A stretch of DNA of 64,000 nucleotides from Laetmonice hystrix (taxonomy: Eukaryota). Location of the stretch: the NCBI GenBank assembly GCA_965235115.1, contig OZ249436.1, positions 10,170,001 to 10,234,000 on the forward strand. The letters are read 5' to 3'. The notes under the pieces were generated by a model, which was given only the letters and a program-made list of their open reading frames with translations, had not been told where the DNA came from and ran no database searches. Below, piece after piece: positions 13,011-26,460 of the stretch (the stretch's first letter is position 1; each line of letters begins with the position of its first letter). A program made the position numbers and the translations under genes.

Positions 13011-14928
13011 GTTACAGCCTATGTTCTGCATATACACTTATATACTGTTTCACTATATTTCTCACTGTATCAGTGTATGCTTGTAAGGCAGCCTTCTTTG
13101 CAATTGTAGGCCAGGCTATTGTAAGACCCTCTATTGTTCTGCCTTTTGTTTCTGCAGACATTGCCTGAAATATTGTGGAGGTTTATGTGGAGTACATTTT
13201 GCAGGTGTTGTGAACTATCATGTAGCCGTGATACACTAAGATATTGTCATTAAGGATTCTCTTTAATGTTTTCAAACCCGCAGAAATTGGATATATTGGA
13301 CAAAAGTATTGGGGGGCATTGATAGCTACGCCTATGATGAATCATTGTCGTGTAATAATGATCACAAAACTCTGGTCACCGTCGGAAGATTCCTTCCGTA
13401 AACATCCATTAGAATTCTTTTATAGTGACAAAGGCCAAGATGGCAGGTGTGGAAAGCACATGGGTTTGTTTTGTTTGTGTAGATCTAACTACTTTCAAAA
13501 ATGGCGACCTGACGATTATGGCCGAGGCATGATCTGCCATCTGTCGAGGTAGAGCCGACGGAAAATTTGGATGTTTGTGTGGCATCATATTCTGACAGTC
13601 TGCACCGTAAAAGTAAACAACAAGAGTGCCTCAGCAAAATCGAGCACCCACGATTCGAGCTCGCCAATGTTCGGATGTTCCGGTCGGGGATTTCTAGGTC
13701 AGGTCAGGGGTCACTCAAACGGCATTACCCAGGGTGTGGCAGAGATTGAATGAAGTGAACGATCTCTGTCCGGAGAGTGCCTCAGCCTCAGAACTTTGCT
13801 TCGGCACGAGTATAGCGTGTAAAATACGAGGCGTACCAGCCTTGGTTATTCTAATCCTGAGTAATGTCAATATGGTATAGACACAGTAATACCCAGAGAT
13901 TTACTTCTTCCTTCGGTTGCATACAGTCGGGATAATACCTTCCTCCTTCCTTCGGAAATGGTTTGTGTGTACTTTAACTGTTTGTTCAAACAGTTAAAGC
14001 GACCAGCCGCATAGCTTCTTACAGAGCCTGAAATGACACTGTGGGGAAAATATCAGTGAGTTTAGAAGTTTTCAATTGAACTATCCATGTAGTTCTACCA
14101 AGACAATATTAGTAGGCATTTTCTGTTGAAGGAATCAAATGCTCCCCGGCCGGCCTTTGGCACTTTCACATAGCTTAGATTGGCTGCTACATTCAGATGA
14201 TCACACAACAATGGCATGTTTGAAGAAAGCCCAGGTTGCAATACGTCTGGTATATTATATTCAGCCGCTTCACGATGCCTCTCGACAAAAGGTTAATAAA
14301 AGTTAGCGTTCACAATGGTGTAGTGTCTGGTTCTTGTCCGATTGAAAGACCAAGAAAACAAGTATCAGAATTCGGCAGATTCTTCACATTTTGATCCGAC
14401 AATCACGGCAAGCGCAGTCCTAAAGGAACTCTTCGCGGTCATTGCAAGACCGAATAAAATGCCAAAAATGGGGGTAGAGAAAAAGAGTGAAGTTCTCTGC
14501 CCCCTTTCATTGCTTTTGTTGGAACGGACAACTGATAAAAATATCGGTTAGGTGGCCGAGCCGCAGGTTTCGTCTGTCGAGCTTTTCGGGTTAATGTCGA
14601 GGCATTCGTAGCGAGCAAAAGCAAAAGCAAAATGAAACATGTGGTAGACATTATAATTTATATCGGCGCGATATAAAGATGGCAAAACAACAGCACCCTG
14701 CCCCCAGACTAAAGTCTACACACACACACCAAGGAAACTGGGTCATCCGACGAGACGGGACTGTTTTTCAGGCTAGTTTCCTTGGTGTGTGCGTCCCGCC
14801 GACCAGACCAGACTGGTTTATCCAGTCGGGGAAATCAGTTTTTCAAAGAAAGACTCCGCGGTGACCGACACGGTGTGTGCTGCCAGTCGGCAGAGGCGAA
14901 ACATGCCCACGCAGACGCAGACTCCTAA

Positions 14929-15492
14929 AGCCCCAGTCCCATATACGCACGGATGGACACGGCAGTCCCGGAAAGTGCCGGATCCCGCCGGATCAAGATC
15001 CGGGACGATCCGTGCTCTTTTTGGGGTTTTTGAGCGGTGGCAACACGGCAGCTACACGGACGAACCCGTACAAACACGGACAAACACGGCAGCAATCAAC
15101 ACGGCGCCCACACGGATGACCAAGGACCGTCTCTGACATTCACGGCAGAACGACGGACTAACATGGACCAACACGGCAGAGACACGGACAGCCCCGGATA
15201 AACACGGACTAACACGGCCTGTACACGGACCATCCTGGACCTACACGGCAGCGACACGGACCAACACGGTCGACCCCGGATGTTGCCATCTCCCCGGACC
15301 GTCACGGAAGAACACGACAGTTTTGAACTTCCCAAAACTGCCGTGTTGGCCTCCCGGAGCCCCAAGGACATTCCCGGACGTTTCAGGACCAACAGGGATC
15401 GCCGCGGAGCTACACGGCGGCTACACGGTTCACACGCCGGATCGTGCCGGATGTGATCCGTGTTGATCCGGCACCTATATGGGACTGGGGCT
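14929..15492. mobile_element. Non-autonomous PIF/Harbinger-like element (564 bp)
   Basis: Perfect 17-bp TIR AGCCCCAGTCCCATATA / TATATGGGACTGGGGCT, flanked by TAA and TTA. The interior is dense in ACACGG motifs. Confidence 0.82.
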
Positions 15493-16206
15493 TTACACAG
15501 ATCAGCGGCGGTTTTCTTCTGCCGAGATTTCCGCGTTATTCCCGAGCCCAGCTGAGGTTTTCGCGTTTTTCGTTAGCCTGGCCGAAGATTTGGGTGAGCC
15601 GAGACGAGGTTCTGCGGACCTGTAGTGTACTTTTGGGCCACCGTAGTACTAGGATACCTGAGCTTTAGAATACATGTACATCCCATTTAATCCCACTGCC
15701 GGCAATTCCACCAGCAGCCAAAGTCGGGACAGAATATTGTTTTCATCGGAGATATCGAATAAATGGACACTACCCACAAATGAGGGAAGCGGTCGGATTT
15801 CTGTTATCACACTCGACAGTGGAAACCTCCATGTGGACATTACATTTTGAACATGACCACCCAGATCAGTTGATGGCCGAGTGACCGGGCAGGTCCCTCA
15901 CCAGGGGCGGATCCAGAGCTGTTGACTGGTCTCCAATATGGGCGTGCTAGGGGGTCCGGGGGTCCGGCTGAAAATAAAGCCTGGGTAATATACATTTTAT
16001 TAAATTTATTGTGTAAAGACATTCTTGTTGTTTAAGGGGGGGACTTTGACTAGTTTCCAAAAAACGGTCGACCCCCCCCCCCCGTCCCGGCCTTGCTCAC
16101 GCCATAGCAGTTTGGTCAATCGAGCATCGCTAACAATGTCTTGATCATCCAAACCCTCGGCGGCCCAAGCAGGGGGTCTTGACAAGTTCCTATCTCCGAG
16201 TTGTTC

Positions 16207-16632
16207 TAGCCTGGTCCCCAGGTCTATATTAACTACGTATATATACGTGGTGAAGGCTAATGGAAGGGAGCATTGTGATTGGCCCATCGAAAACATGGCA
16301 CAAACGAGGTTGTTCCATACCCTCCGTATTTCTCCAACAAGATACAGATATTTTCGTCAATCCCTTTAAAACACAAGTGTTAATTGTCCTCGCTTTTCTT
16401 GATGTAAACATAGCGTCAATGGTCCCCACACCTGCTACGGTCTGCATACGCATGGGCATGTTGGCCACTCCCGTGGCCACGCTCCAAGCAGAGGACGGTC
16501 ACTCTGGTAACGCTGACCAACGGAACGGAAGCGGAAGTGCTTGGAGTTTAATCACTTCCGTTTCGCGGCTTTCTGACAGCCAGCACCTGGCCTAACATAG
16601 CGGATGCGTCTGGTAGGCAGGTGACCAGGCCG
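16207..16632. mobile_element. Non-autonomous Academ(H)-like element (426 bp), 10-bp TSD
   Basis: Starts TAGCCTGGTCCCC and ends GGTGACCAGGCCG (degenerate TIR). CGAGTTGTTC flanks both sides (16197-16206, 16633-16642). Related copies lie at about 18610-19037, 27432-27491 and 58956-59018. Confidence 0.78.
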
Positions 16633-17955
16633 CGAGTTGTTCGAGAGCGTTGAGTACATAAGCGGCCCATTTACAAGGTTTCACTTTCCGGTTTGCTCGC
16701 AACTGATTGGTCAATTTACCGGAAATCTAGCAAGAGGCGCCACTCGTAAGAGAATATATGTATAAGTATAGGCCTAATTACGCCCGGACTATCATATGCT
16801 GACTTCTGCGAAGCGTTGTATCTGCACGATCGGTGTTAACGTTGTTAGGCTTAGTCAATCATCAATACCTGTTGACTGAGACGCATTCGGAATTACGGAA
16901 TCCGCTTACGACATGGGAGCACGGGTGGGGGAGGGAGCGTGCTACTACCACGCCACCCTGCGACAAACAAATGCAGTGCACAAACTTGCCCAGATTCTTA
17001 CAGACTCCAGACTTCCCAAGAAAACTTTGAATCCGGGATTGCAAACATTTTTATGGGTTGGACAGATTGCCAGAATCGGCCATTTGAGGTGTTTTGAGTG
17101 GAACTTTTAGGAAGCACACAACTCCAGTTCTCGTTTTGAAAGCGTTAAGTAGGGCTACCAACGCCATGAGGCCTACTTGGCATCCTCGGTACCATCTTGG
17201 ATTCTCAGTACTATTACGGGATCCTTATGGCTGGGTTTGTAGGAGGTCCTAGCTGGAAACAGGACGCAGACAGCACCAAATGTTTCCGATGGGGGAGGGT
17301 ACGGTGTTGTAGTAGGGGCACCGACGCCGACAACCCCATCACCAGAGGCTCGCCAGCTGTCTCCTTGTAGCGACCGTTTGAAGCAATTATCACACGGTCT
17401 CGGGCAGCACTCTACACGGGGTCATTTGTTTATGACAGCGTCTACCGCGTGCTTTCTCTTCACGTGACGTGAGTGAACACTCGGCCCGCACAGAGCGCCG
17501 ATTGACATGCCGACGAGGGCGTTCAGGTGACGTTACGCCCAGAGAGAAGGGCCATCTGCGATCCGTCTTCCCAATTCAGGTACCCACCATTGTCAAGACA
17601 ACAAACCAGCCAATCACCGCAGATCCCCCCTGTGGGAATAACCATGGGGATTCTTGGAACAAGCTTGACAATATAAATTCTCGGTGATATATAGCAATGT
17701 AGCAGTAGCTAAGTTACAAATTGTGACAACTTTTACGAGGACAGGGGATGCTCTGGCAGTGACTGCATTAAAGCCAATAGATCTACGTCTCGCAGGTTCG
17801 ACGCCCCCACTCCCCGACTGTACTATCAACGTGTTGCACGTTTAAGAAACCGTGCCACTTCCCGAAAAGAGTAGTGCGTTGTACCGGTATATGCGGGGTT
17901 CCTCATCACCAACTACACCGCCTACTCCTAAACTGAGGTGGTCTCATCCTAAACG

Positions 17956-19432
17956 TATGGTGGCCCAAAAGTATCATCTCGTACTTAAAAATCTCGCACT
18001 CGCAAAATAAAATCTCGTACTCGCAAAATAAAATCTCGTACTCGCAAAATAAAATCTCGTACTCGCAAAATAAAATCTCGTACTCGCAAAATAAAATCTC
18101 GTACTCGCAAAATAAAATCTCGTACTCGCAAAATAAAATCTCGTACTCGCAAAATAAAAATCTCGCATGGTACAAACAAAAAATCAAAATCTCGCATGGG
18201 GCAAACAGAAAATCTCGCATGCTAGAAACACAAAATCAAAATCTCGCATGCTAGAAACACAAAATCAAAATCTCGCATGCTAGAAACACAAAATCAAAAT
18301 CTCGCATGCTAGAAACACAAAATCAAAATCTCGCATGCTAGAAACACAAAATCAAAATCTCGCATGCTAGAAACACAAAATCAAAATCTCGCATGCTAGA
18401 AACACAAAATCAAAATCTCGCATGCTAGAAACACAAAATCAAAATCTCGCATGGAGAAAATGCACAGTAGGAGCGCGGCTGGATCCATGCAAGACAGGGG
18501 ACCAGGTACTCTTGGCGAGGTTAGGGACCAGGCCATTCGGAAAACCTCGGCCCAACTTCCGGACCTGGCCCGGACAGTCCCGAGGTGGGCCGAATGGGGA
18601 CCAGGCCAATATAAAGCCTGGTGAAGGCCAATCGAAGCAAGCGTTGTGATTGGCCCATCGAAAACATGGACGCAAACGAGGTATAGTTCCGTACCCCCCG
18701 TATTTCTCCAACAAGACACAAATATTTTCGCCAATCCCTTTAAAATACAAGTGTTAAATGTCCTCGCTTTTCTGGATGTAAACATAACGTTACCAGTCCC
18801 CACACCTGCTACGGTCTGCATACGCAGGGGCATGTTGCTATTGTTGGCCACTCCCGGCCACGCTCCAAGCAGAAGTCAATCACTCTGTTAACGCTGACCA
18901 ACGGACCGGAGGCGGAAGTGATTAGCTCCGAGGCGGAAGTGCTTGGAGATCACCACTTCCGTTTTACAGCTTTCTGTTAGCCATCACCGGGCCTAACATC
19001 AAGCGGATGCGTATGGTAGGCACCGGGGACCAGGCTAGGATCAGACTGGGGCGTATGCCGACAGAGGGCGTGATGATCCAGGCCACTCTGACTACTTCCG
19101 GCGATACTGCGCTTGCGCGTCGCTTGCCTAGTTTCAACATGGCAGCGCCCGTAAAAAGCCCCATGCGAGATTTTGATTTTGTTCCAGCATGCGAGATTTT
19201 GATTTTGTGTTTCTAGCATGCGAGATTTTGATTTTGTTTTTCTAGCATGCGAGATTTTGATTTTTGTTTCTACCATGCGAGATTTTGATTTTTGTTTCTA
19301 CCATGCGAGATTTTGATTTTGTGTTTCTACCATGCGAGATTTTGATTTTGTTTTTCTAGCATGCGAGATTTTGATTTTTGTTTCTACCATGCGAGATTTT
19401 GTAAGTCGAGATGATACTTTTGGGCCACCATA
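17956..19432. mobile_element. Foldback-type non-autonomous DNA transposon (IS3EU-like termini), 6-bp TSD
   Basis: TIR TATGGTGGCCCAAAAGTATCATCTCG / CGAGATGATACTTTTGGGCCACCATA. TSD TAAACG at 17950-17955 and 19433-19438. The arms continue as inverted tandem arrays (21-bp and 29-bp units on the left, 29-bp units on the right). Confidence 0.88.
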
Positions 19433-21529
19433 TAAACGTGACCAACGGTTGCCGATAGGACAGTCTCCAATCCACCACCACTCCCATGTGACAACCTGTG
19501 CAAAATTGTTGAAAAAAACAAAGTCACCCTGACGAGTAGCAACCTTATACGTTTAATATTTGATGGAGATATTGCAGTGTCAGTAATAAGTACACCTACG
19601 TACACATATTTCTGTTGACATTTCCGCAGCGGTCTTTTAACGACGGAGATTCACATCCCAGCAATATCTCTACTCTAAAACCTACTGCGTCATCAAATGA
19701 ATTGTCCAACATCTGAGGTATATGGTTCCTAGCATTTCGATATGGCATGCGAACGACGATTTCGTCGTTACCATTTATAGACATAAAAGGTTGTCATTCG
19801 TATAGGAATAAAATCTCTTCGCCGATATCAAATGAATTTATTTCCAGAGAAATCGACTTAGTTCCGACACAAAATCACTTCTGCAAGTGAAAAGTAAATT
19901 CAGTCCAAATCTTTTGGTTGAGTGGGCCTCCTTGGCGTGTAACTTGAGTTTCCTTTGTTGGTACAAGTTTTAGAGATGCTGTCCCAAGCGGGCCTCTATA
20001 CAAGTCGGTACCATTGAGTGACAAAGTGCGTCAACACGGATTAGCCATCTCAGGCATTTATTTTTCTCCGATATTCTTTGGCTGTAATTTCAGTTCCCTT
20101 TTAATATTTTTTTAAGTTTAAAGTTCCTTCGCACAAGTAGAACTATACACACATTTTTTTAAGGTTCCACCGTGCTTCACTGCATGGTAGAAAACATTGC
20201 CTTCCAACACTCGGTACACAAAGTGTTCCGATTCCCAGTGACATTTTCTTGTAATATAGATGTCTGTATCATTTCACTGTTGAACGTCACTTTCAATTTG
20301 TAAAAGTTAGCTGCTTTTGTAAGGATAAAGATGAAACCAAGATCTGGTTTTTTCTGCACAAAGTACAAAATAATATTAATGTTGTTAATACATCGCATAC
20401 CTCAAAAGGTCTCGTGTTATGGGATGGAATATACTGGGCAATAGGAAGCCATTTCTAGAGGCAATGCACTATGATTGTCACCCACGTCAAAGAGCGACTT
20501 GTTCCGCGTCTGCCGCGCAGTGAACGGTGCCAGAAAACGGTTTGCTGCGTCTAGACATCAATCCAAAGATTATTCTGAATTATACTCTGTGATTGGAATA
20601 GCACGTAATTAGGATTTTCGTACACCTAGGGTATCCACTTCAGATCCCAATAGGACTTGTTAAATGCTCCGATAGGATAACTTCTAAATATTGCCAGATC
20701 GGGGATGGATTACGGCTTATAAGGGAAGATCGGTTTGACACGGACATATCCCCCTTTTTTCAAATCGTGAATGTAGTTGTAGAGGAAGTTCAGTTAATGT
20801 ATCAGGGGACGTATCATTCGATCGATCTGGTAATCCCCTCGGCCTTTGTAGGAGCTCACTGTCGGTGATTGAGGCACTTGTCCAGCAAACGGAGTGGGTA
20901 GGTGGCGTATCAACCCGCCCTACCAATGGCACTTCAAGAGCCCAGTGTCAATTATCTGGAATAATCTGTCAGGGTTTTTTCTTTATTCCGTTGGCAAGGA
21001 GGCTGACCCAGCGTCTATTGTTGCCAGGGCCTGACAGTGCCCTGTTGTATGAACGGGCGCAGAGTTACCAGCTGGGGAAACATGACAAGAAGTTTCTTGC
21101 CTGGAGACCTCAGTGGCCGACACGAGACGAATACGGAATGGCAGCAGAAAGGCGGACCAGCTGTCTCCTCAAAATTGGTACTTTGACACACGTGCATGCG
21201 GCTCGCCCATATAACCCACATGGGCGCGGCACACATCACTTATAGTCTTACTGCAACGCCATATCGCTCGTACTTATTGAACGGCCAAGTGTCTTCTCTT
21301 TTGGCAGTGAATTTGTGTGCTTCTAGGTCAATTGCTAGCGGTGCTGCAAGGTCCAGGCAGGGTTACAGTTTCGCGCTTTTTACTGATCCCATTTTGTTGA
21401 TCAGTTTAAAAGCCACCTGGCTCTTACCAAACATTTCTTTTATAATCAGCCGTGCGCGGTGTGAAAAGTCGAATTGTTTTACCAGAAAGGCTATTCGATA
21501 ACTTCTAGCACTGCATACCCATCTCCTCT

Positions 21530-21849
21530 AAAAGGCCTTCTTGTGAACGCTGAAGGGGCCCCTTCCCCTACCCTTGACAAAAGGCCTTCTTCTGGACGCT
21601 GAAGGGGCCCCTCTCCCTACCCTTGACAAAATGCCTTCTTGTGGACGCTGAAGGGGCCCCTCTCCCTACCCTTGACAAAAGGCCTTTTTGTGGACGCTGA
21701 AAGGGCCCCTCTCCCTACCCTTGACAAAAGGCCTTCTGCTGGACGCTGAAGGGGCCCCTCTTCCTACCCTTGACAAAAGGCCTTCTTCTGGACGCTGAAG
21801 GGGCCCCTCTTCCTACCCTTGACAAAAGGCCTTCTGCTGGACGCTGAAG
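21530..21849. repeat. 49-bp tandem minisatellite, about 6.5 copies, with an orphan degenerate copy at about 22885-22953
   Basis: Unit AAAAGGCCTTCTTGTGGACGCTGAAGGGGCCCCTCTCCCTACCCTTGAC. Confidence 0.93.
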
Positions 21850-23491
21850 TTACGTTAATGTGAGATTTGGGTTTGATTCGAGTGTAACTATAAACACACG
21901 CTAGCGGGACTGCATGCCCTTAAGTTATATTGCGCTAGCAAATAAATAGTTCCATTTCTTCGATTTCTTCTTTTTAATAGTGTAGTTCGACGTTTTCTCA
22001 TTACTCTCGTAATGCACCTGTGCATTTACATTGTAATTATTTCCAAATAAAATACATGTAGAGCGTTTCAAATGGATGCTAAAACTGCCGAAGAGGGTCG
22101 AAAATGTGTGCAAGAGTTTAGTGTTCGATTTGCCGATAAAGTGCTGGGGAAAAAGTCAAAAAGCATTACTCCCAAACAAGTTGAGTTACTCATGGCGGTA
22201 AACCAGGTTCTTGGTGATTAACAGGTTTCCCTTTACTTTCGTCTTTAATGACTCCTATAAAAGCCACTCACGCTTTACCGTGACCTGAGAAATATTCGTG
22301 ACCCTCGTGAGAGTAAGTAACCATACCAGAGAGATATGACCAATTATAGATGTGCTCCTCCCAGCGACCGGCACTGTCGTCTCTTCAAACTACCCAGTGC
22401 ATGCCTGCCGGCAATTTCGGTATTGCAGGAAGAAATTCTAGGGGTCATTTCATAAATAACAGGTCAGCACAGGTACAGTTGTCCTCTTCACCTCAGATTA
22501 TAGGATGTGGGATTCTATATCAGTTGCCAATTGTGCTCAAAGACGACAATAATAGGTGCGATTATGTATGCCTTCCAGGAGCTGTCGTGCAAGCAAGTGG
22601 CTAGTGTTACACCATCCGACTGCTGGCAGCATGCGTGAAGGAGGAAAGCCAGGACCCCCTGTACCACTTGGGATTCTCCATTATCCTGCCCCGCTGCTGG
22701 AACATGAATGTTGACCTGACACTGCCATACAATATCAAAGAAAACGTGCTCAGACACGGGGATAACTGAGAAGAATTATTTTATTTCAATGTGGAAAAAA
22801 AATCGGAAGCAACTGCCATGGTGTCCAGTGCGGTAATATTATAGGCCTATTATATTGTTTTCTGGACAGTATGATGTTAATAATACCCTACCCTTGGCAA
22901 AAGGCCACCTTCTGGACTCTGAAGGGATCTCTTTGCCTACCCTTGACAAAAGGTATAATTTGTGTATAGCACTGGCTCCTACTAACCCAAGAATGTATAA
23001 CATTAAATAATCTTTAATGACTAACTATTTTACAGGACCAAACCAGACGTGACAAGAGATCACGCTATAGGATTAATTCCACCAAAACTCCCGATGATTT
23101 CCTTTGGCGGATATTCTGTATCATTGAATTTTCTCACAGACTGAAGCCGCACAGACTGATGGGTCCCGCTGACCAAGAAGGCAAAAACTTCTCCAGACAA
23201 AGCTGACACAAACGGTGACTGATATATTGCCCTGTGTTCATATTTCGAACCTTTATAAAACAATTATACATAATACCGGTTACCTTCTTGTCAGCTGCTT
23301 TAATTACAGAACTTCTTACTTCTATATATTGGAGACTTACTACTTCTGCAGTGTCAGCATAATAACGGACATTAGGGGGCACCTTCTCGAGGTGTAATGA
23401 AAACATTCCTGATAATTACCCATCCCTTCTGACTCAGCAGTATTGCAAAGTGTCGCACCTAAACCAAATTACTGATTTTTCATATTCCTCC

Positions 23492-23882
23492 ATGACGCTA
23501 GGTCATAGACGAACTGACAATAGAGAATAGTAAAACCTTTGTGTTATAAAAGATGACGCTAGGTCATAGACCAAATGACAATAGAGAATAGTAAAACTTT
23601 TGTGTTATAAAAGATGACGCTAGGTCATAGACCAAATGACAATAGAGAATAGTAAAACTTTTGTGTTATAAAAGATGACGCTAGGTCATAGACCAAATGA
23701 CAATAGAGAATAGTAAAACCTTTGTGTTATAAAAGATGACGCTAGGTCATAGACGAACTGACAATAGTGAATAGTAAAACCTTTGTGTTATAAAAGATGA
23801 CGCTAGGTCATAGACGAACTGACAATAGAGAATAGTAAAACTTTTGTGTTATAAAAGGTAACGCTAGGTCATAGACGAACGA
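23492..23882. repeat. 61-bp tandem minisatellite, about 6.4 copies
   Basis: Unit ATGACGCTAGGTCATAGACGAACTGACAATAGAGAATAGTAAAACCTTTGTGTTATAAAAG. Confidence 0.95.
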
Positions 23883-26263
23883 AAAGTTCAATGGGATAGA
23901 GCAATATCATGTATCTTTCATCGCCTGCCCACCATTTCTTATTTCCTGGAGGCCCCTGTTGCCGAGTAAGTCGTTGCCTCTCAACGCTCTTTAAGGAGTT
24001 AACTTCAACTTCTATTGGCGGGGCAGAGACTGGGAATTATAAGGGGTTGTCCAGATTGGTAAGATAGGGATGAATGACATATTTGTTCGATCTAAAACCA
24101 AATGGAACGGAACAATCATCCTTCAAAGTGCACAGACGCACCGGCAATGAGCCCTAGGTTTTAATTATCCAAAAGGAAGTAGAAATTGCTTAAAACAGGG
24201 ACCTAATTACGCATCTTACTATCCAAACGGTTGGCACAGTCACATGACGAATTATGATGTTACAGTTAATCTGTAAAACCTCCTATTCGGCCTGCAGACA
24301 AAACAGTATGACCTCGCCGCACCCCCCCCCCCCCCCCCCCCATCTACATTCCACAGCGATTAATACAGATCTGTTGTGGGCCCGGCCACGGTTGCAGGTG
24401 GTGGCACAGCTTTCATCCACGGTTGCAGGTGGTGGCACAGCTTTCATTAATCAGGTTAGGTTACACTCACGGTTCATTTCCTTTCTTCGCCAAAGAAAAT
24501 TTGATGAGCCGCATCCGATCGCCAAGATTCCGGTTCAGGAAGAATTCCTCTCTTTGATGTGGTTCCTGCCTTCTTCACATATAGCTGTGTTGGCGTGAGC
24601 TCACATGCATACAGGATCGAGTGCGTGGTCAAGGAGGAAGTGCCTTTGATCGTATCCATTGGCTTTGATTTGGTCATATACCTCCCAGATAATCTGCCGA
24701 TCGTATATGATTTTTCATTTCCAAATAGAGGGAGTTGTTTCATACGGAGCCCTGTTGGGGCATGAAGAAAAAAATCGTTTCGGAGAAAAAAGTGGTTATC
24801 TCGTAATAACGAATTAGTGACGTTATAAACTCGTTATTACGACTTAATGACGTCACTAAGTCGTTATTACAGGGATACATAGTATCAAGAGCCATCTAAT
24901 ACAATATAGGTGTAGACTCTTAACTTCGGCAGGTATATAAAAGAAGTCCCTTGGAACTGGAAAATGTTTCAAACACGCATTCCAACATAGTTTCAATGCA
25001 TGAGAACAAATTGCTTACACGCATGAAATGTATGAATCGTAGCCGTGCTAGGATTAATCAATCGAAGACAGAGGAACAACGATCGCTCCATCCCTCACAA
25101 TGTATGTACCTACCATTAAAATGATTAATCTTAGTAGATTCTAATAGCAGGCAAACAGGAGCTTCTCTATGTGGAGATTTCTTCTTACAGAGTGGTATGT
25201 TTCAGCTGACATAAAGGCGTATTTGCGGAGTCGTGTCAAATTCTGATCCATCTAGCCACGTGCGCCTTCCTCAATCTCAGACGTTTTAAGCCGCCATAAC
25301 TACAGTAAGTGGCGCCTCGCAGGAATCGCTTTGTGACAAGCAGATAGGTTTTCTTCCCATAAGAAACGATCAATCCGATGTTAGCGGTCCTATGCACTCA
25401 CCATAAATATGGTGGGAGAACTGCCTATAATCTAGGTAGAACCATTTCATCATGAATGACGAAACCTCTCCGTGTTCAGTTGTAGAATAACCGATAGATT
25501 ATAGACATCCCTCTCTTACATTGCCCAGGATATCAAGGCATCCAATGCTGCCGATTGTAATTATATAACTTCAACAATCTTTTAATTTTAAATCAGAAAG
25601 TCGAGTTATGTATATCTTGTTATTAAAGTACCATCTAAGAAAGTACCGTCTTTACTATGGGGGCCTATGGGGAAAATGACACCCCGTCATAAAAATATCT
25701 TAGCTATAGTAATGAAAAAATATTTAAACATCTTTTTTTTAATTTTTTATACAAGAAGTATACTAGATTGTGATGAAAATGATGACATCATGGGGTAACC
25801 GATCTACCGATCTAAATCTCCCAAAACTGCGCCACCAAGACGTATTTATCTGTCTATAGATCCCCACTTCCTCCTCTGAGCATGGGATTGTCATCTCACT
25901 ACTGTTACCTAGCAACAGAGCCATACAGGGTATCCCAAGAAAAATGTCCAGGCCAAAGCAAGCAATCTCCGAATCTATGTTTCCCCGGAACCTGATAGAG
26001 AATCCTCTTACATAAAAAAATCAGATTTTTCATGAACAACGACAGTAGCCGTTGCATAAAAATTCGTTCTTGCTCTACGACGTGTCGTAAGTTACGATAC
26101 CCCGAAATCCTCCAGAATCTGTTGCATAAACTTTTCGTTGTTCTGACGATGTCGTTCAAGGTGTCTTTATTTGCTTTTCACTGTCGCAAATTACGAACAC
26201 CAAAAAGGTGTTCGTTAAATCCACCGGAAGTCTCAAATCTTTTTTGGGGGAGGGCAAACAGTC

Positions 26264-26460
26264 ATGGAACGTCATGGGAGAAGACGACGGTTCTTTTCAC
26301 GTATAGATCCCGTCACATACTTCGACTCGGAGCAGTTTATCCGTCGATATCGCTTAGATAAGCAGTCGCTGGTTCGGCTCAGCCTTGCCTTTGCAGTCGG
26401 GCTTCTGCTCTACCGCAGAAGACCGACGCGGAGGGGGGCTCACCGCACAACAACGGGTAA
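26264..26460 (+). pseudogene. N-terminal fragment of a PIF/Harbinger (HARBI1-like) transposase, frameshifted
   Basis: MERHGRRRRFFSRIDPVTYFDSEQFIRRYRLDKQSLVRL, then after a frameshift ..STAEDRRGGGLTAQQR, followed by a GTAAAT donor-like site. This resembles the Harbinger N-terminus (R.R..P....D...F..R(Y/F)R.....RG.AL....Q). Confidence 0.6.
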
